Origin: Octopus bimaculoides
Lineage: Eukaryota
NCBI RefSeq assembly: GCF_001194135.2
Contig: NC_068982.1
Coordinates: 6,794,630 to 6,858,629 of the forward strand
Direction: 5' to 3'
DNA: 64,000 nucleotides
Each line of letters opens with the position of its first letter. Position 1 is the first letter of the stretch. This document shows, one piece after another, positions 50,847 through 64,000 of this stretch. A program made the translations under genes and the position numbers. A model generated the notes under the pieces. The model saw only the letters and a program-made list of their open reading frames with translations, searched no databases and was not told the origin of the DNA.

Positions 50847-51086
50847 TTTGAATGTGGTGTGTGCCAGAGGGCTTGCAAATCCAATGGGGGTCTTAAAAGA
50901 CATGTTAGGATCCACAATGAGCAGAACTTACTTGCAGGTATTGGTAGTGCAAATCAGAGGTGCAATCTGTGTGGGTGTTTTTTCAAAACACTGTCTGGTT
51001 TAAAAAGCCACATCAGACGCCATGAAAGGGCTAAGGTGTAGGTGCAGGAGGTGGTCAAAGTCTGTGTAAGGAGTAGACAACCACCA
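50847..51086 (+). pseudogene. Two C2H2 zinc fingers plus short 3' UTR, likely 3' end of a non-LTR retroelement
   Basis: CGVCQRACKSNGGLKRHVRIH and CNLCGCFFKTLSGLKSHIRRH (Cx2Cx12Hx3H); stop at 51041; (TATG)n on both sides; no acceptor or ATG outside the repeat. Confidence 0.7.
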
Positions 51087-51649
51087 TGTATGTATGTATG
51101 TATATGTGTGTGTGTATGTATTTATGTGTGTATGTATGTATGTATGCTTGTGTGTATTTATGTGTATGTGTGTGTGTATGTACGTATGTATGTATGTGTG
51201 TATATGTATGTATGTATTTGCGTGTGTGTATTTATGCATGTATGTATGTATGTTTGTGTGTATGTATGTGTGTATGTGTGCATGTATGTATGTGTGTATA
51301 TATATGTATGTGTGTATGTATATGATTGTATTTCTTTGAAGTTTATTTAAGCTCTTCTGAAGAGCGCTTAAGCCAGTCACTAACAAAACGACGACACACT
51401 TTCATTTAAGAGAATTCCTGGTGTTTGTAAATATGTGGCTGAGTTGGTTTGTTGGTTGAGCTGCACTGCATACACCCAAGTGTGTGCAGCTATTCATCTA
51501 AAGAATCTCAGATGGAAAAATCTTTGGAATGTTTTACAAATCTTCACTGTGCCACGAATACATAGGATTTGGAGAATTTGTGTCAGTTGTTTTGCTCTCT
51601 CTTTGAAATGTGTAATTTTATAGCTACATAGACTAATGAACTAATGCAC

Positions 51650-51812
51650 TCTCAGAGTGGTTGGCATTAGGAAGGGCATCCAGCTGTAGAAACGGTGCCA
51701 AATCAGATTGGAGCCTGGTGTAGCCATCTGGTTCAGCAGTCCTCAGTCAAATCGTCCAACCCATGCTAACATGGAAGGCGGACATTAAGCGATGATGATG
51801 ATGATGATGATG
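51650..51812 (+). mobile_element. RTE-tail-like SINE 3' fragment
   Basis: cagagtggttggcattaggaagggcatccagctg...ggacattaagc(gat)n. Confidence 0.85.
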
Positions 51813-51881
51813 TAAGGCACAAAAGAGAATTTATAGTCAGGGAAGCTCTAAGTTTCACATTAATTCACAATAAATGTTAAC

Positions 51882-52274
51882 TTGTTCCTGGATAATACAG
51901 TTCTATATTCAAGAGATGAGGAATAATGTACGTAATTTATATTATTTATATTTGATGGATATTTGTCCTCACCTTGTTTGTTGTTAACACAATGTTCTGG
52001 CTGGTGTACTCTGCAGCCTTCATCAGGTGTCTTGGGAAAATTTCAAACCTGGGTTCTCATTCCTAAGGTATTTTTAGATGTCATTATTATTATTATTTTA
52101 TGTTTGACTTTTGCTTTGCATTTGTACAAGTTGGATCCAAGTCTCACCCAGAGACCTCAAGAGACAACAAGTGAGAAGTTCATGTAGGTGTTATGCCTAG
52201 GGTACCATATATTTGGATTTGTACATAATGTTGTTCTAGAGAATATTTAAGAAACCATGAGAAAATTATGTTTG

Positions 52275-52345
<71 letters not shown>

Positions 52346-52553
52346 TCACTGCCTGGAATCAAACTCGGCATCTTGGGGTTAGTAGTCTGTGCTCTTAAGC
52401 CCATGGGCATATGGCATAGTGGTTAAGAGCGAGGGCTGCTAACCCCAAAATTCCGAGTTCAATTCCAGGCAGTGACCTGAATAATAATGATAATGATAAT
52501 TATCCGTCAAAATTTCCGTCAAATGTAAATAATGTAAATAATTGTCTCTGGAT
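51882..52553. mobile_element. Locus G of tRNA-headed hammerhead element (inverted pair with internal insertion)
   Basis: Tail at left, gcccatgggcatat junction; flanks ttgttcctggat/ttgtctctggat (10/12). Confidence 0.8.
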
Positions 52554-52629
52554 TTTTAATTGTACATTCACATCCACATTTTTAATAGTACGTTCCACAT
52601 CGCAGCAGATGTATGTCTGTATGTCTGTA

Positions 52630-52880
52630 CTGGGTTGGTGCATAATTATTGCAGCTTTTATTCAACAAAACTTATTCAACAATAACAATAACAATATTTA
52701 ACGAAAGCATCTTTAAATGATTATTCCAACCGTCTGCTAAGCAAATGGGAAGCAGTAATTGAAGTAGATGGTGAATATGCTTCAGAATAATCATTTAAAG
52801 ATGTTTTTGTTAAATATTGTTATTGTTTTTGTTGAATAAAATTTGTTGAAAAATGCCGCAATAATTATGCACCAACCCAA
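52630..52880. mobile_element. Mariner MITE
   Basis: TA-flanked TIR (c/t)tgggttggtgcataattattgc, ~95-bp arms; core encodes RLLSKWEAVIEVDGEY (mariner C-terminus). Confidence 0.88.
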
Positions 52881-53400
52881 TATATATGTATGTATTTATG
52901 TATACATGTATGTATACATGTATGTATGAATGTGTGTGTGCATGTATGCATGTACGTATATGTATATGTATCTAAGTATGTATGTGCTTATGTGTGCCGT
53001 GTGAGTGTACATATATGTTGTGTGTGTGTATGTGCGTGTGCATGTGTGACATATTGCAAATTGTAATAGATTCTCCTTCTGGTGAAGTGAAGATGACGAT
53101 GCTGGTAGAGTGTTCTTCATAAGAGGTGGTGATGAGCGTCTAAAGGAACTTATAGCAAAGAATTAATTTTTGTGAGCTTAAACTGAACAAAAACTGTGGA
53201 TGATTTCATGCATGTACCTTACTGGAAGTAATTATCATGTTAAATATTATCTTCATAAATTTCAGATTTCAAAATGTCCCTGATAAGTGATAAACTGAGC
53301 GGGGAAAAAAATTAAAATATAATTTATTATCAATACAATCTTTATATTATTCCCGAAGATATTTGACTGAGATTTAATTACTGAAAAATAAGTGTTTTAT

Positions 53401-53436
<36 letters not shown>

Positions 53437-53762
53437 GCATACACACACACAGTCACACAAAATTGCATGTATGTATCTATATATATGGTTGCATGCATAC
53501 ATACATACATATATGTATGAGTGTCTGTGTCTGTGGGGGAGGTTGTGTTTGTGTGTGTGTGTGTTTGTACATATGTGAATGTATGTACCCATGTATACAT
53601 GTGTGTGTGTATGTATCAGTGTTATCATCATCACTAAATGGTCTGTGGATGTATGTATGTCATTATTCAGTTTATTTCAAGATTTCTTACCAATAGAGAA
53701 AGAACTGGTTTCTAACCTAGACCCAAGGTTCATTCATTGGAATTTCAACATCAATAACAGGG

Positions 53763-53814
53763 TATGTATGTATGTATATATGTATGTATGTATGTGTGTA
53801 TGTATGTATGTATG

Positions 53815-53875
<61 letters not shown>

Positions 53876-54600
53876 TTGTATGTATATATGTATGTATGTA
53901 TGTGTGTATGTATGTATGTATGTATGTATGTATGTGCAGATTTGTATGTTTGTATGTATGTGCAGATTTGTATGTTTTATGTATGTATTTTCATGCATAT
54001 AGTTACATATCTAGACATACTCATATATATTTANNNNNNNNNNNNNNNNNNNNNNNNNNNNNNNNNNNNNNNNNNNNNNNNNNNNNNNNNNNNNNNNNNN
54101 NNNNNNNNNNNNNNNNNNNNNNNNNNNNNNNNNNNNNNNNNNNNNNNNNNNNNNNNNNNNNNNNNNNNNNNNNNNNNNNNNNNNNNNNNNNNNNNNNNNN
54201 NNNNNNNNNNNNNNNNNNNNNNNNNNNNNNNNNNNNNNNNNNNNNNNNNNNNNNNNNNNNNNNNNNNNNNNNNNNNNNNNNNNNNNNNNNNNNNNNNNNN
54301 NNNNNNNNNNNNNNNNNNNNNNNNNNNNNNNNNNNNNNNNNNNNNNNNNNNNNNNNNNNNNNNNNNNNNNNNNNNNNNNNNNNNNNNNNNNNNNNNNNNN
54401 NNNNNNNNNNNCAATCCCAAATCATTATATCAGGTCTGTTGTGCTTACATTTTATTGAGGTCTTCACTGGTACATTCCACCAGTATTCCTTTTCATTATG
54501 TATGTATGTATGTATGTATGTATGTATGTATGTATGTATGTATGTATTATGTGTGTATGTATGTATTTGTGTATGTATGTATGTATGTATGTATGTGTTA
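53763..54600. repeat. (TATG)n microsatellite arrays flanking a gap
   Basis: Direct inspection. Confidence 0.95.
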
Positions 54601-56139
54601 GTACATGATGCAGTGTGTGTTCATGTACATGATATATTCTTGTGTGACTTGGTTTGCAGGTATTAACAGAATTCAATGACTCCTAAGCCTGCATCATGCT
54701 CCAGTGTCAGTATTCTATGGCTTTATGCCCTTCCCAATGCCGTCTAATCTACAGCTTGTACTGGGTGCTTTCTTTTGCACCTGCATACAGAGGGTCATCA
54801 TATAACTTGCAAGACTAGCTGTTGTTCAGCGTGAATATACAGAAATAATTTCATTCAGATTTTCATATAAAGAGCAACATAAGTACAAATAAAATACGAT
54901 TTAATGAATGACAAAAGAACAAGAGTTACATAATTATACTCATGAGCATACAGGTGTTTCCCCTTCAAGGTCACAGCTCTGAGACACCTGTAACTGGGTG
55001 CTATGTTCCTGTAGGTGAAACACCTGTAAGCTCATGAGTGTTATTACATATCTCTTGTTTTGTCATTGATTGATGCACATGCATACACACTAATGAATAC
55101 ATAAATATGAATTAAAAAAAAAAATCCCAAGTGTAGCCTGGCGCCTACTGCATTTCGTTCACTGGGACAGCTGGTTCAAACCATACTCCCTACTCTCTGG
55201 TATGAAGATAAAGATGCATTACAACATATTAAGATTTGTTAAATGTTATCCATATAGAATGTTAAATGTTACTTTTGCAGGAAAATGTTATGAATAGATT
55301 ATAGCTTAGATTTTTGTTCCATTTATTTTTGTATCCTTTTGTATTCTCAAAGCGACGAAAATATTTTGGCAAATCAAATTTAAATGTTGAAGTGAATCTA
55401 ACAGTTTTTGTGTTTTTAAATGGCTTATAAACACAATCCACACTGCAATTGTTTTTGTTGATATATTTTACGGTTTTCTATAAACTTCCAACATTGTTAT
55501 CATTTTCAAAATGACTGTAGAAATTTCATGGGTACTGCTAGTGTTACTGACAGTAAGAAGGACTTCCTGGCACACACAAGGTAAGCTTAGAGAACTTGTA
55601 ACAACAGCTTTACAGCATCCGGCAGTCAAGTGCTTCAAAGTCAACAAAGTTTGCCTTTTTCAGGATATGCAGAGATAACATTTTTCTTGATGGTTCCAAA
55701 ACCTGAACTGTGAAGAAGATTTAAGATCATGCACTTGACATCTCACTGGAGCTCCAAACATTTCATGGCATAAGAAGAAGACCAAAGAGAAATTTATGGA
55801 AACATACCACCCACCCTTACAATTGTTGCTTAATGAAGGACAGCTTTTGTGAGCCACTTTATCATGCTGATCCCCATGCTTTATTAGATGTTATACTTTG
55901 GGGATTTCCACACTTTAGACAATAAATATCATTCAATTTCTTTGATGGTAAAGACACACATCATGAAAGAGACGACCAGGTGCAGTTTGATGAAACTGAT
56001 GTCAGATGAAGTCATTTGAAGAAAAAATGTAATTCGTATTTTAAAGGAACAATTGATGTAAAACTCTGATATTAAATTTGTTCGCATCCTCTTGGTGTAA
56101 TGTTAATAAATTTTTATCATTTGATATTACAGCAATTAA

Positions 56140-57000
56140 GATGATGATGATGATGATGATAATTCTCATATTTCTGTTTTCTTTATTGTTTCCCTTATCA
56201 GTTGATAAGTAGAAAAGATTTAAATTAATATCAATATTTGAGAAACAAATTACTAAATCTTGATCTACTTGAAATCAAGAATAACCTTTAGCAATATGTT
56301 TGGTTATTAAATATTTTTCAACTATAAGTAACCAAGTAATGGAAAGAAGAAAAAAGAAATTGATCCTATTTATTTTCGAAGCAAGCTTGAAGTATAAGAT
56401 CTTATTTGGGTTTTGTTTATCAACAGGAAATTGATGCTGAAATTACTACCCAGGGAAATACATTTTATTATTATAGATGAAATTTTATTAATATTTAAGA
56501 ACATATTTTTTGAGTATAAATTTTCTGCAGTAAATATGTTACCTGATGGCAAAACCCATGCAATATAAAACTTACTTTAGTTGAATAAATAATTTATGTA
56601 TTAATGTAGAGAGATATGTTCCTTTCCCTTATTTTCTTAACAAAGCAAAGATAGGTTGGATTTTAAATGCATCACCTACATTTTGTGAAACAGAATTGTA
56701 TCGAAGATGGTTGTCATTTCTCACTGATAGCAAATAATTATCAAATTATTACCTACTTAATTTAGTTGCTATCATTTTATTTCTATAATATGGGAAAATT
56801 TCCCAGTGATAATTTCTACTTGCAGTACTGATAGTTAAGTGGGGTTTAACAAAATATAGTGATTCCCCCTAAATCAATTAACATTATACTTGTAAAGAAG
56901 AGAAAATAAATTAGTATAAAAGATACTTTCTATCAAGAAAGACCTGGCCAACAATTCCCAAATAATTTAAATTTGAATAACATAGTGCAGGAATAAAAAT
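56140..57000. repeat. Copy 3 of old ~900-bp repeat
   Basis: See 41966-42905. Confidence 0.75.
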
Positions 57001-57396
57001 TATTTGCGAACATAACATGGCAGTCCTGGTTTAGGGCTAACGTTGCTGTAATTTAGCCCCAGGAGACATCATCTCCAGCTGGCTATACGACATGATCTGT
57101 GTCTTATATTTTCGAACAAGGGAATCTCGTTGTCACTTTGAAAACTACATGTTTCAAACAGGAATTTGGCAGCGCCACCTCTAGCCGAACAATTATTCTG
57201 TGCTGATGAAGGGAAAGAACCAGGAAATCGTGATACACTGATATTGTTTTGAGCTAGTTGGGGTGCTAGATTCCCTTGTTGGAAATATAAGGACACAGAT
57301 CGTGTTGTATAGCCAGCTGGAGACGATGTCTCCTGGGGCTAAATTACAGCAACATTCATCCTAAACCAGGACTGCCATGTTATGTTGGCAAATAAT
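56999..57396. mobile_element. MITE with ~125-bp TIRs
   Basis: attatttgcgaacataacatggcagtcctggtttagg... and its reverse complement ending at 57396. Confidence 0.88.
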
Positions 57397-57624
57397 CTTT
57401 ACACCAAAGTACTGTTGCTGAATATCTCCCGTGGTGAGATTTAAAAATAGTAATTTTCTAATAGTGCAAGAAGATGTAAATTTGAAGTAGCAAAGTAAGG
57501 CGATAACTTCATAGAAATTTTATTTGTATTATTTCTCCTCAGCAAATTATTTGTTTTACCAAAGAATAACTGAGAGAATGCAGAAGCTCTGTCTGATAAA
57601 CATTCACGGAAGCAGTAATTAAAA

Positions 57625-57845
57625 ATATTCCTTTCTGTTATAGGGACAAGGTCTGACAGTTTGGGGAAAGGGGCTAGTCAATGTAATCGACTCCAGTGCC
57701 TGACTGGTACTTATTTCATTGACCCTAAAAGGATGAAAGGCAAAATTGACCTCAGCAGAATTTGAAATCAGAACATAAAGACAGACGAAATGGCGCTAAG
57801 TATTTTGTCTGGCATGCTGACAATTCCACCATCTCACCACCTTAG
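57625..57845 (-). mobile_element. Meta-domain-like SINE
   Basis: ctggtacttatttcattgaccctaaaaggatgaaaggcaaaattgacctcagcagaatttgaa. Confidence 0.8.
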
Positions 57846-58220
57846 GAAATCTAAAATGATGACATTTGAATGTTTCCACCAGTTTCCTTCTAAATGAAGA
57901 AGAGTGTGTGTTGGGGGAAGGATAACATATTTAATATAGTAAGCCAAATGACACTTTTAATTAATTAAAATTACACCTGTAATAAAGAGAAACACATTTT
58001 TAATTAAGCTAATCTATTAAATACATCCACAGTGAAAAATTTCATTAATATAACATATTCAGTCATTAATTCTAATTTTGTTGTATTTAGCTGACAGCAT
58101 GCTACTTTTGCTATAAAATGCAGTTTATCTTTTCTTGCTGTCAGGTGGCTGACATCTAAATCAGTCCCCCTCATTCATCCAGGGTACTGAATAAGATGAC
58201 TGTGTGGTGTACACTTTACA

Positions 58221-58609
58221 TGTTTCAGTCATTTGACCGTGGCCATGCTTAGCACTGCCTTTAGTTGAACAAATCAACCCCAGGACTTATTCTTTGTAAG
58301 CCTGGTACTTATTCTATTGGTCTCTTTTACCGAACTGCTAAGTTACGGGGACGTAAGCACACCAGCATCGGTTGTCAAGTGATGTTGGGGGGGGGGGGCA
58401 AACACAGACACACAAACATATACACACACATACATATATATACATATATAGGACGGGCTTCTTTCAGCTTCCGTCTACAAAATACACTCACAAGGCTTTG
58501 GTCAGCTCAAGGCTATAGTAGAAGACACTTGCACAAGGTGCCATGCAGTGGGAATGAACCCAGAACCATGTGGTTGGTAAACAAGCTACTTACCACACAG
58601 CCACTTCTA
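58221..58609 (-). mobile_element. SINE family 1
   Basis: Family consensus match. Confidence 0.9.
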
Positions 58610-58957
58610 TTAGAAGAATTAAACGAGTTTCTTTCAGAGATATCAGCAGCTTGCGATATTGGGGAGAAGAAAAGCATCATGAGGTCATCTGCATATTAAA
58701 ATACTGCATGATGATGGTGGTGATCTCTCATACCATACTGTGTTTGTCATGGCCTGAGGTTAAAAAAAAAACAACTATCTGTCCCCTGTTCAAGACTATG
58801 TAAAAAGTCTTTTATTGTTGGAACTTGCTGTGTTTCAGATGTACATATACACACTCATTAAATGTAGATATATTTTTGGAATTTTATCAGGATAAAGATA
58901 TTTGTGGAGAGTATATGACCCATAACGGGAAAAATATGGTTTAGTAGGGAGGAAAGC

Positions 58958-59232
58958 ATATGAGGTCTGATCAAAACGTATTGAGATTGTTGCTATGGTA
59001 ACTGAGCTAAAGTATGCAGAGTGAAGCCACTTGGCACAAATTGACATTGAACTCTGTTATGCCTGTGCATTAAGTTGTAATGTTCTCCCCTTCTTCTGTT
59101 GTTTATAGCAGTGCTTGGAAGTGTGTAGGATGTGGTCATTTCGCCACACCACAGAGGGTTCCTCAGTGACTACGGCAGAGAATTGAGCAGAGAATCTGCA
59201 TCAAATTTTGCCAAAATTTCGGTGATTCTTGC
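58958..59232 (+). mobile_element. Mariner 5' end fragment, same family as 10076-10936
   Basis: TAtgaggtctgatcaaaa TIR and gagcagagaatctgcatcaaattttgcc (EQRICIKF). Confidence 0.75.
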
Positions 59233-60014
59233 ACTTTTACCGCTTTTCCTCTTTCAAAAAAAAAAAAAAAATCAATTGCAGAGATGAATTAGTGCAAACC
59301 TTCTTTCAAGACCCACAGAAAAAAAACAAAAAAACTGGTGAATATGATAATTTATGCAACAATCCTGTTTTAAAAGACCATTGTTGAAACATCAGTAGCC
59401 ATATTAATGACATTAAATAAAGCTGAAATCTGCCATGAAGTATCACTATACAAAAATAAAATATTATCTTGCAAAATTCCAAAAATTCAAACATAACAAA
59501 AAAATTTTAAGCATAGATAAGAAGAAATATCACTCTTTTAAAAGTATTAAACACAAATCTTCAAGAATTGATGGAAGCCTTTGAATAAATAATGGCTAAA
59601 TTTGACAGAATTTTCAGTAAAAATGAAGGGAGTTAGGAATTTTTTGACAGATATAGGTATTTTAATCAGCTTTGTTGACAGGAGAGATCTGAAACAAAAA
59701 ACAATATGAAAACAAAGCAGCAGAAACAAATAATAAATTGGACAATAGATAATTATTAGAGGAAACTGGATCAGTAAAAGGTTTATGGATTAGCAAAACA
59801 GTTGAAAAAAAGGGAAAAGAGATGTTATGGAGTAAGTATCAAGGAAACTATACCAAATGGTTAAAGATCTAAACAAGGAATGGGTTTCTAAATGTTGAAG
59901 AAATATATGACACCCTACCAAACAAAGCAAATGAAATAATTGATAAAAAGAAACAATAAAGCGATGAATTCAAGTCAACACAAATTAAAGGTGGCAAGTA
60001 TTGTGCTAAAAAAA

Positions 60015-60185
60015 AAGCTACACTCTTGGAGTGGTTGGTGTTCGGAAGGGCATCCAGCTGTAGAAACATTGCCAGATCAGTTTGGAGCCTGGTGAGGCAT
60101 CCTGGCTTGCCAGTCCCCAGTCAATCCGTCCAACCCATGCCAGCATGGAAAACAGACGTTAAATGATGATGATGATGATGATGTG
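60015..60185 (+). mobile_element. RTE-tail-like SINE 3' fragment
   Basis: ggagtggttggtgttcggaagggcatccagctg...gacgttaaat(gat)n. Confidence 0.85.
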
Positions 60186-62754
60186 CTAAAAATTAAGAAT
60201 GCAGATTCTCTTTAGTGCACAGAAAAATCCAGCAATTACTTCAGATGAAGGTAAAAGTAATGACCCCCTTTGATCGTGAATGACCATGGGATTTGCTCCT
60301 TGTAATTTCCCCTCCAAGGCACAAGTCTGGGCAAGGTTGTTTATGGAATACCAACAATTGCCCATGCATACCAGCTTTCCCTCTCCATGCTACCAATGTT
60401 ATCCAAGAGAAAGGCAAAAGCCAATACATCTTGGCACCAATGGTGAAATTACATAAGGAATTATGAAAACTAAAATATAAGGTAACATAAATGCAGGACG
60501 TTTTGACAATTATTTTGCTTATTTGTAAAATTAGCACTAGCATTTTACATATGACATATTGAAAACGTGAATAAGAATTCTAGACATCTCTCAAATCAGT
60601 TCCTCAGCATGACCACAGCGTTAAAGCTGAATGTTAAAGAGTTAAAGAATCAGTTTAATTAGTCATCCAAGCAACGATTTGTTATGTTTTACTTGTTCAA
60701 ATTAAACCATTAATAAAAAAGACATTTAGTGAGACACTGGCTGCTATCCAAGAAGGTAAAAACACTGTTTAATAGATTTATGATGTTAATATTTTTCCAA
60801 AAAAAACTCAAAAGGTACACATTCAGAGCATTACTACAACTTTGATAAACCCTTTGGTCATATGCGGAATCAGGCTTATAATTTTAAAATACATCATCTG
60901 ACCAATAGTAAATGTTTAAATATGTAAAATTCTTGACCCTGTTAAGAATTCATTAAATTACCAATTTGAATCTATAGTTTCAAATAAGGATAAGCTTTTT
61001 CTTGCACTAAGCGTTCTCATAATGTTTTAGAAAATATAACATCAGAAGCGATGGAGACTTTTTAAAGAAAATGTTAAAACAAAAGGTATAGAACTCGGTA
61101 ATTTAATAACATTTCATTATACAACTGCAATAAGATATAAAATGAAAATAAGCAATGAAAGTACAGAACAATGATAACTAGTAATAGCAGTGTGTACAAC
61201 TGAAATGACAAAGAAACGAACTAAAGCAACCATCAATATTTTGAAAGAAAAATAAGAGATGTGAGTTTAAAGAAACAAGTGAAATCTGGATTGCAGCATT
61301 AATGGTGGATTTGCAAAATTAGAATAAGAAGAAATATCATTGTAGCTACTATAAATTCATTTTTTAAGAGCAATAGCAATTTCAAAAGTATTTCATGGGC
61401 TGAAATCATGGATATTGAACATTGTAGGTGAAAATGATCATGAGTTTTGGAATGAAATCATAGAGAGAGTTGCTTCTCATTCAAAATACAAAAACTTTGA
61501 ACTATTGAGAATGTTAAGAAAGAAATTACTGAGATGACAGGCCTTTTATGGCAATTTCTTCAAAAAGCAGAAAAGGAAATGGTAAAATCATGTAAAATAA
61601 CACTGCTTCTAATGAATACAGTCATGCAGAAACCAATTTTTAGTAAAAGAAGATTATAAAGATCATTAAAGGATAGTTACATGTTATCAAGGAATAGACA
61701 AGAAGTGAATTGGAGGGAAAAATGAGGTTGACTGATTGACTGAAAAAGATATCAGTAGGGGTTAAACTGCATCTCTTGCTGTGCATGCGTGGCCTCTCAA
61801 GGCTACAGATTTTGATTAAGATGGACATGATACTGTTTTTGCTCATACAATTGCATCAGCTCAATAATGAGCACATCGTCTGTGCTGTACCTAATGAACC
61901 ACTTGCTAATGAGTTCAAACACTAATAAATTTATTTCATTCAACAAATTGAATATTTCATATTCATTATTAACAGCATTACATTTTTTTAAAGCTGTTGA
62001 GAACTAAAGCATGGATTTCACAAATCAGCAACTTGATAATTAGTTTTTAGTTGCAAAATTGCATTTATTTCAACTGTGATGGAAGCATTAGTTCCAGATA
62101 AATTGAAGCAGTTTCAAGATTATTTATTGTTTAGTTGCCAATTATCATAGAAAGTTCCCCTTGCCATATGTCAGGTTCGGTTGCAGCTAATCTGTTCAGT
62201 AAGAGCATAATTATATAAATGTATTCTAGAACTTTTCTATTAGTCGAATGATTAATCTAAGAATTTATGGTTTCAAATCTATCATAGAACTGGATAATAT
62301 ACTACCTTCAAGCTATGCTGGTTATAACATTTGTATCTAACATTGCTGTTGTCTACTATTATCTAATGATTGATAATGGGTAGTAATATAATGTAGCTAT
62401 GAATTCTTAATTGGTTATGAAACCGTGAATTAGAGATTGTGAATAAGAATTTTAGACACCTCCCAAAGAGCATTAATTTAATATATGAACACGGTCCCTC
62501 CGAGAAACGAAACTGGGCCATGAGTTTCTTTCATCATAAATATATGAATTTAGCAGCATTTCCTCTAAAAATAAATGAATTAAAATAATTAATTGCTATT
62601 CAAATGCACACACATATTCAGCCACACACACACACATGCACACATCACTCAGCTATACACATATATACACATATATACACATATATACACATATATACAC
62701 ACTGGCTGTAGATTTCCATCAGCGATGTTTTGTTGACCAGTATTTGGTTTATAA

Positions 62755-63590
62755 TTCTGGTTTCAAATTTTGGCACAAGGCCAGCAAATTTGGGGAGGAG
62801 GCTAAGTCAATTACATCGATCCCAGTGCTCAACTGGTACTTATTTTATTGACCCCAAAAGATGAAAGGCAAAGTCAGCCTTGTTGGAATTTGAACTCAGA
62901 TCATAAGGCTGAAAGAAATTCTGCTAGGCATTTTGTCCAGTGTGCTAATGGTTCTGCCATTTTTCTGCCATATAATACAATATAACATTCTTTTCTGCTC
63001 TAGGTACAAGCACTAAAATTTGGGGGGAGGGTGGGGGCAGTTGATTAGATCGACCTCAGTATGCAACTGGAACTTAATTTATCAACCCCAAAGGATGAAA
63101 GGCAAAGTTGACCTTGGCAGAATTTGAACTCAGAACGTAAAGACTGACGAAATACTGCTAAGCATTTCGCCCGGCGTGCTAACATTTCTGCCAGCTCACA
63201 ACCTTTAAATATTCTTTTCTTCTTTAGGCACAAGGCCCGAAATTTTGGGGGAGGGGGCCAGTCGATTATATCGACCTCAGTATGCAGCTGGTACTTAATT
63301 TATCGACCCCGCAAAGATGAAAGGCAAAGTCAATCTCAATGGAATTTGAACTCAGAATGTAAAGACAGATGAAATACCTATTTCTTTACTGCCCACAAGG
63401 GGCTACACACAGAGGGGACAAACAAGGACAGACAAACGGATTAAGTCGATTATATCGACCCCAGTGCGTAACTGGTACTTAATTTATCGACCCCGAAAGG
63501 ATGAAAGGCAAAGTCGACCTCGGCGGAATTTGAACTCAGAATGTAAAGACAGATGAAATACCACTAAGTATTTTTGCCAGCATGCTAATA
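62755..63590 (-). mobile_element. Tandem cluster of four Meta-domain-like SINE copies
   Basis: ctggtacttaatttatcgaccccgaaaggatgaaaggcaaagtcgacc recurs near 62835, 63070, 63290 and 63475. Confidence 0.88.
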
Positions 63591-63761
63591 GGTCAGTGTT
63601 TTTCAACAGTGACAATTCCATTCTAGACGGTGGTGTAAATGTAATTGGTGGTAGGAAACTGAGGGATAGTCTGATTTAAGTGAGGCAAAAATTCATTAAA
63701 GTATCAATTAAAACTAAAATATTTTTGAATTGCTCAATAATTTGTTACAATTTTCAGAGTA

Positions 63762-64000
63762 TCATCATCATCATCGTTTAATTTCCACTTTCCATGCTGG
63801 CATGGGTTGGATTGTTTGACTGGAGGCTGGCAGGCCAGAAGGCTGTACCAGGCTCCAATCCAATCTGGCAAAGTTTCTACAGCTGGATGCCCTTCCTAAT
63901 GCCAACCACTCCGAGAGTGTAAGTGGATGCTTTTTACATGCCACCAGCATGAGTGCCAGTCTGGCAGCACTGGCAACAACCATGCTCGAATGGTACTTTT
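63762..64000 (-). mobile_element. RTE-tail-like SINE (runs off the window)
   Basis: (CAT)n cgtttaatttccactttccatgctggcatgggttgg... Confidence 0.85.

Noticed and set aside
43044-54676. Many long ORFs (poly-HT, CV, MYVC, LLL, NNN, HHH)
   Set aside because: Translations of microsatellites or N-runs, not proteins

Overview
AT-rich, repeat-saturated animal genomic DNA with eight assembly gaps. The SINE and MITE families look like those of a coleoid cephalopod (Octopus); this is inferred from recognition, not a search. No host gene could be confirmed. Nearly all listed ORFs are translations of microsatellites, N-runs or SINEs. Real coding relics are decayed mariner/Tc1 transposases, an intact THAP-domain ORF inside a ~1 kb element with perfect 42-bp TIRs, and a two-finger C2H2 fragment in a (TATG)n array. 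The most striking system is a ~300-bp repeat present at 7 loci. Each monomer has a tRNA-like Pol III head, an (AAT)n tract and a minimal type I hammerhead-ribozyme motif. At every locus it sits as a head-to-head inverted pair. Only one arm keeps a ~32-nt 3' tail, and at 6 of 7 loci the whole pair is bracketed by a 10-20 bp direct repeat. This architecture matches Penelope-like retroelements (inverted pseudo-LTR, tail, minimal hammerhead) and suggests a non-autonomous, tRNA-headed SINE/retrozyme mobilised by a Penelope-like element (PLE). A second, unrelated inverted hammerhead pair lies at 19292-19380.
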